Part shown: in pieces, positions 61,333 to 64,000 of the stretch
Layout of the letters: the number at the start of each line of letters is the position of its first letter
Numbering within the stretch: the first letter of the stretch is position 1
NCBI GenBank assembly: GCA_030832645.1
Contig: JAURIR010000001.1
Span: 1,333-65,332, forward strand
DNA length: 64,000 nucleotides
Reading direction: 5' to 3'
Origin: Chitinophagales bacterium
GTDB lineage: Bacteria > Bacteroidota > Bacteroidia > Chitinophagales > Chitinophagaceae
Notes under the pieces: model-generated
What the model saw: only the letters and a program-made list of their open reading frames with translations
What the model was told of the DNA's origin: nothing
Databases searched by the model: none
Made by a program: the position numbers and the translations under genes

Positions 61333-62280
61333 ATGTTGGACAACAAACTTCAGATGTTTGAAAATCGCCTTCGGAAGGTATACAAAATACGATCGAAGGA
61401 AGCCAAACGGCTGAATATAGACTGCTACCGACTGTACGACAGGGATCTACCTGAGTTTCCATTGATCATCGATATCTATCAGCAAGATGTATTGGTAACC
61501 GAATACAGAAGCCAACACCGTTTATCGGATGATGAGTACGAGGCTTGGTTAGAAGGCAGTTTAGAAGTAGTTGAAAATGTATTAGAGAAAAATAGCGAGC
61601 AAGTTTATTTAAAGGAACGAAAGATTAAAGAGGGTCGGAAAGATCAATACCGAAAAACAGATTCACAAAAAGAATTCAAAATTGTTCAGGAGGGCGGGTT
61701 GAAGTTTTTGGTCAACTTGAATGATTATTTAGACACAGGCCTTTTTTTAGACCACCGTATCACACGTTCGATGGTGAGAGACAAATCAAATCAAAAAGCT
61801 GTTTTGAATTTATTTTGTTACACAGGTTCTTTCTCAGTGTATGCGGCTTCGGGTAATGCAGCAGAAATTTTATCGATTGATTTATCAAATACTTATATCG
61901 AGTGGGCTAAAAAAAATATGGAGCAGAATGGTTATAAAAAGAGCGCATATCGATTTATCAAAGGAGATGTATTGCAGGAGCTTCCAAAATTAAACGACGA
62001 ATCATTTGATATCATTGTGTTGGATCCTCCCACATTTAGCAACAGCAAATCCATGAAAGAAGTTTTTGATATACAGGCCATGCACGTTGAGCTTATTAAT
62101 ACCTGCCTAAAAAAGTTAAAGAAAGAAGGGGAGCTGATATTCAGTACGAACTCAAGAAAGTTCCACCTGGAGGAAGAGTTGATTCTCGGAACTGTTAAAA
62201 ATATTATCACCTCAACAGAGCCCTTCGATTTCAAAGGAAAACTATTGAGGTGGTGTTATAGTATTCGTCGAGTAGATTAA
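61333..62280 (+). CDS. RlmK/RlmI-like SAM-dependent rRNA methyltransferase (resembles the C-terminal half of RlmKL)
   Basis: YRLYDRDLPE, DYLDTGLFLDHR, LNLFCYTG, DPPTFSNSK. Confidence 0.85.
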   Translation: MLDNKLQMFENRLRKVYKIRSKEAKRLNIDCYRLYDRDLPEFPLIIDIYQQDVLVTEYRSQHRLSDDEYEAWLEGSLEVVENVLEKNSEQVYLKERKIKEGRKDQYRKTDSQKEFKIVQEGGLKFLVNLNDYLDTGLFLDHRITRSMVRDKSNQKAVLNLFCYTGSFSVYAASGNAAEILSIDLSNTYIEWAKKNMEQNGYKKSAYRFIKGDVLQELPKLNDESFDIIVLDPPTFSNSKSMKEVFDIQAMHVELINTCLKKLKKEGELIFSTNSRKFHLEEELILGTVKNIITSTEPFDFKGKLLRWCYSIRRVD

Positions 62281-62705
62281 GCTACAATCTCTACCAGTTC
62301 AACTTCAAATACCAGGTCTTTCCCCGCAAGAAAATGATTGGCATCCATTACGATGGACTCTTCCTTGATCTCAATTACTTCAACAGGTACAGGTTGTCCG
62401 TATTCGTTTTGCAAATTCAATTTCATGCCAATTTCAATAGTCATCCCTTCTGGAATATTTGATTTTGGAAAATCAATGATAGCTTCTGGATTTTTGTGAC
62501 CATATCCACTTGCGGGATCGATGTTGAGGGTTTTTTTATCTCCCACAGACATGCCCAATACGCCGGCATCAAAACCTGCAATCATCTGACCAGCACCCAA
62601 CGTAAACTCCAATGGAGCCCTTCCTACAGAACTGTCAAATTGTGAACCATCTTGTAATTTGCCTGTATAATGAACCCTTACGACATCTCCTTTTTTAGCT
62701 TGCAT
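62277..62705 (-). CDS. FKBP-type peptidyl-prolyl isomerase (SlyD/SlpA-like, no His-rich tail)
   Basis: VHYTGKL.DG..FDSS, GQMIAGFD, DANHFLAGKDLVF. Confidence 0.92.
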   Translation of the reverse strand: MQAKKGDVVRVHYTGKLQDGSQFDSSVGRAPLEFTLGAGQMIAGFDAGVLGMSVGDKKTLNIDPASGYGHKNPEAIIDFPKSNIPEGMTIEIGMKLNLQNEYGQPVPVEVIEIKEESIVMDANHFLAGKDLVFEVELVEIVA

Positions 62706-62784
62706 ACTATTCTTTGTTTTAATTGAAAAATGAGTGTCGAAACTAACTTTATTCTTTTACTTTTAGGGGAAATAATTTCATAAA

Positions 62785-64000
62785 ATGAAAAAATTTATTT
62801 TTTTCGTGGTTTTGGCCTCGATTCAATTCATTTCTATTGAACTGTTAGCACAAAACAATGTTGTTACTGGTGCTGCAAAAACGAGTGCTTACATGAATCT
62901 CTTGAAAGGCAAGCGGGTAGGAGTCTTTGCCAATCAAACCTCAACGGTTGGAAATCAACATTTGATCGATGTATTGATGAGCAATGGCGTCAACCTAAAA
63001 AAAATATTTGGGCCTGAGCATGGGTTCAGAGGAGCGGCAGATGCAGGTGAAAAAGTCGGTAATTATGTGGATGAAAAAACAGGTGTTCCTGTTATATCGC
63101 TCTATGGATCAAAGCACAAGCCCTCAAAGGAAGATTTGGATGATGTAGATGTTTTGATATTTGATATTCAAGATGTAGGAGTTCGATTTTATACATTTAT
63201 TTCATCTCTCCAAGAATTTATGGAGGCTGCCTTCCTTCACCAAAAATCTCTCATCGTTTTGGATCGGCCGAACCCCAATGCGGATTACGTAGACGGTCCT
63301 GTCTTGGATACTGCATTCAAATCATTTGTAGGAATGCAACCTGTGCCTGTAGTTTATGGAATGACGATTGGTGAGTATGCAACCATGCTGGTGGGCGAAA
63401 ACTGGTTGAATAAAGATGCTTCCCTTGGATACGAAAAGATGAAAGCAAACGGAATGGTTCCATTGAAGGTAATTCCATGCTCCAATTATACAAGAAGTAC
63501 TGTTGTTCCCTTGCGGGTAAAACCTTCACCAAATCTACCAGATATGACATCGGTGTATTGGTATCCTTCTACTTGTTTTTTTGAGGGTACAGTATTGAGT
63601 GAGGGCCGAGGAACTGCTACTCCTTTTCAGGTGTTTGGGCACCCACAATTGCCCACCAACTTATATGCCTTCACACCCAAGAGTATGCCAGGCGCAACAA
63701 ATCCAAAGTTGAAAGATCAGCTTTGCTATGGGTGGAGTTTGGTATCTACTCCGGAGGAGGCAAGAAAAAAAATCAATGGAAAGATTCACCTGGAATATTT
63801 GTTGGAAGCATACAAGCTCTTTCCGGATAAGAATTCATTTTTTATTCTCCCGACTTCGGGTAATAGCAGGGGTGCATTCTTCAATAAACTCGCGGGCAAT
63901 GATCAACTGATGAAACAAATTCAACAGGGAATGGATATCCAAGCTATTAGAAAAAGCTGGGAGCCTGGGTTAACTGCTTTCAAGCAAATCAGACAGAAGT
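62785..64000 (+). CDS. DUF1343/NamZ-like exo-beta-N-acetylmuramidase (runs off the window; absent from the ORF track)
   Basis: Manual translation from ATG 62785: MKKFIFF signal, ANQTS, FGPEHGFRG, ISLYG, FDIQDVGVRFYTFIS, LDRPNPN, PSPNLP, EGRGT..PF. Confidence 0.88.
   Translation, partial: MKKFIFFVVLASIQFISIELLAQNNVVTGAAKTSAYMNLLKGKRVGVFANQTSTVGNQHLIDVLMSNGVNLKKIFGPEHGFRGAADAGEKVGNYVDEKTGVPVISLYGSKHKPSKEDLDDVDVLIFDIQDVGVRFYTFISSLQEFMEAAFLHQKSLIVLDRPNPNADYVDGPVLDTAFKSFVGMQPVPVVYGMTIGEYATMLVGENWLNKDASLGYEKMKANGMVPLKVIPCSNYTRSTVVPLRVKPSPNLPDMTSVYWYPSTCFFEGTVLSEGRGTATPFQVFGHPQLPTNLYAFTPKSMPGATNPKLKDQLCYGWSLVSTPEEARKKINGKIHLEYLLEAYKLFPDKNSFFILPTSGNSRGAFFNKLAGNDQLMKQIQQGMDIQAIRKSWEPGLTAFKQIRQK

Noticed and set aside
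2164-63910. The many 60-165 aa ORFs in the track nested within or antisense to long genes
   Set aside because: They overlap well-supported genes, lack recognisable motifs and look like shadow frames
62706-64000. Apparent 1.3 kb gene-free end of the window
   Set aside because: It is an open plus-strand DUF1343/NamZ-like CDS from 62785, missed by the track because its stop lies outside the window

Overview
A 64 kb, gene-dense chromosomal segment of a Bacteroidota bacterium. Gene content, TAnnTTTG-type promoters and T9SS genes fit the Chitinophagaceae; the family assignment is inference. Housekeeping genes include gatA, tatA, rplS, rny, zapA, pheT, dnaB, rsmE, pyrD, dnaA, uvrA, recG and mrp. 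It also holds tRNA-Ser(GCT) and tRNA-Pro(TGG), a SAM-I riboswitch with a visible terminator/antiterminator ahead of metX-hom, a probable zinc-uptake TonB receptor with a palindromic operator, a 13.5 kb run of exported hydrolases, and a T9SS type-B cargo/PorP pair. I saw no mobile element, prophage or CRISPR array. The most interesting signals are non-coding or very small. (1) The ~215-nt dnaA leader carries a 13-codon Val-rich uORF that covers a 9-nt sequence able to pair with the dnaA start codon, a candidate leader-peptide control of DnaA synthesis. (2) Phased DnaA-box-like 9-mers lie between pheT and dnaB. (3) An orphan, signal-less T9SS-CTD-like gene sits antisense inside pheT-zapB-zapA-rny. 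(4) Several genes look leaderless. (5) Several proteins end in SSB-like acidic-Phe tails. All calls come from reading the sequence; no searches were run. Several starts were moved from the ORF track to more plausible codons.
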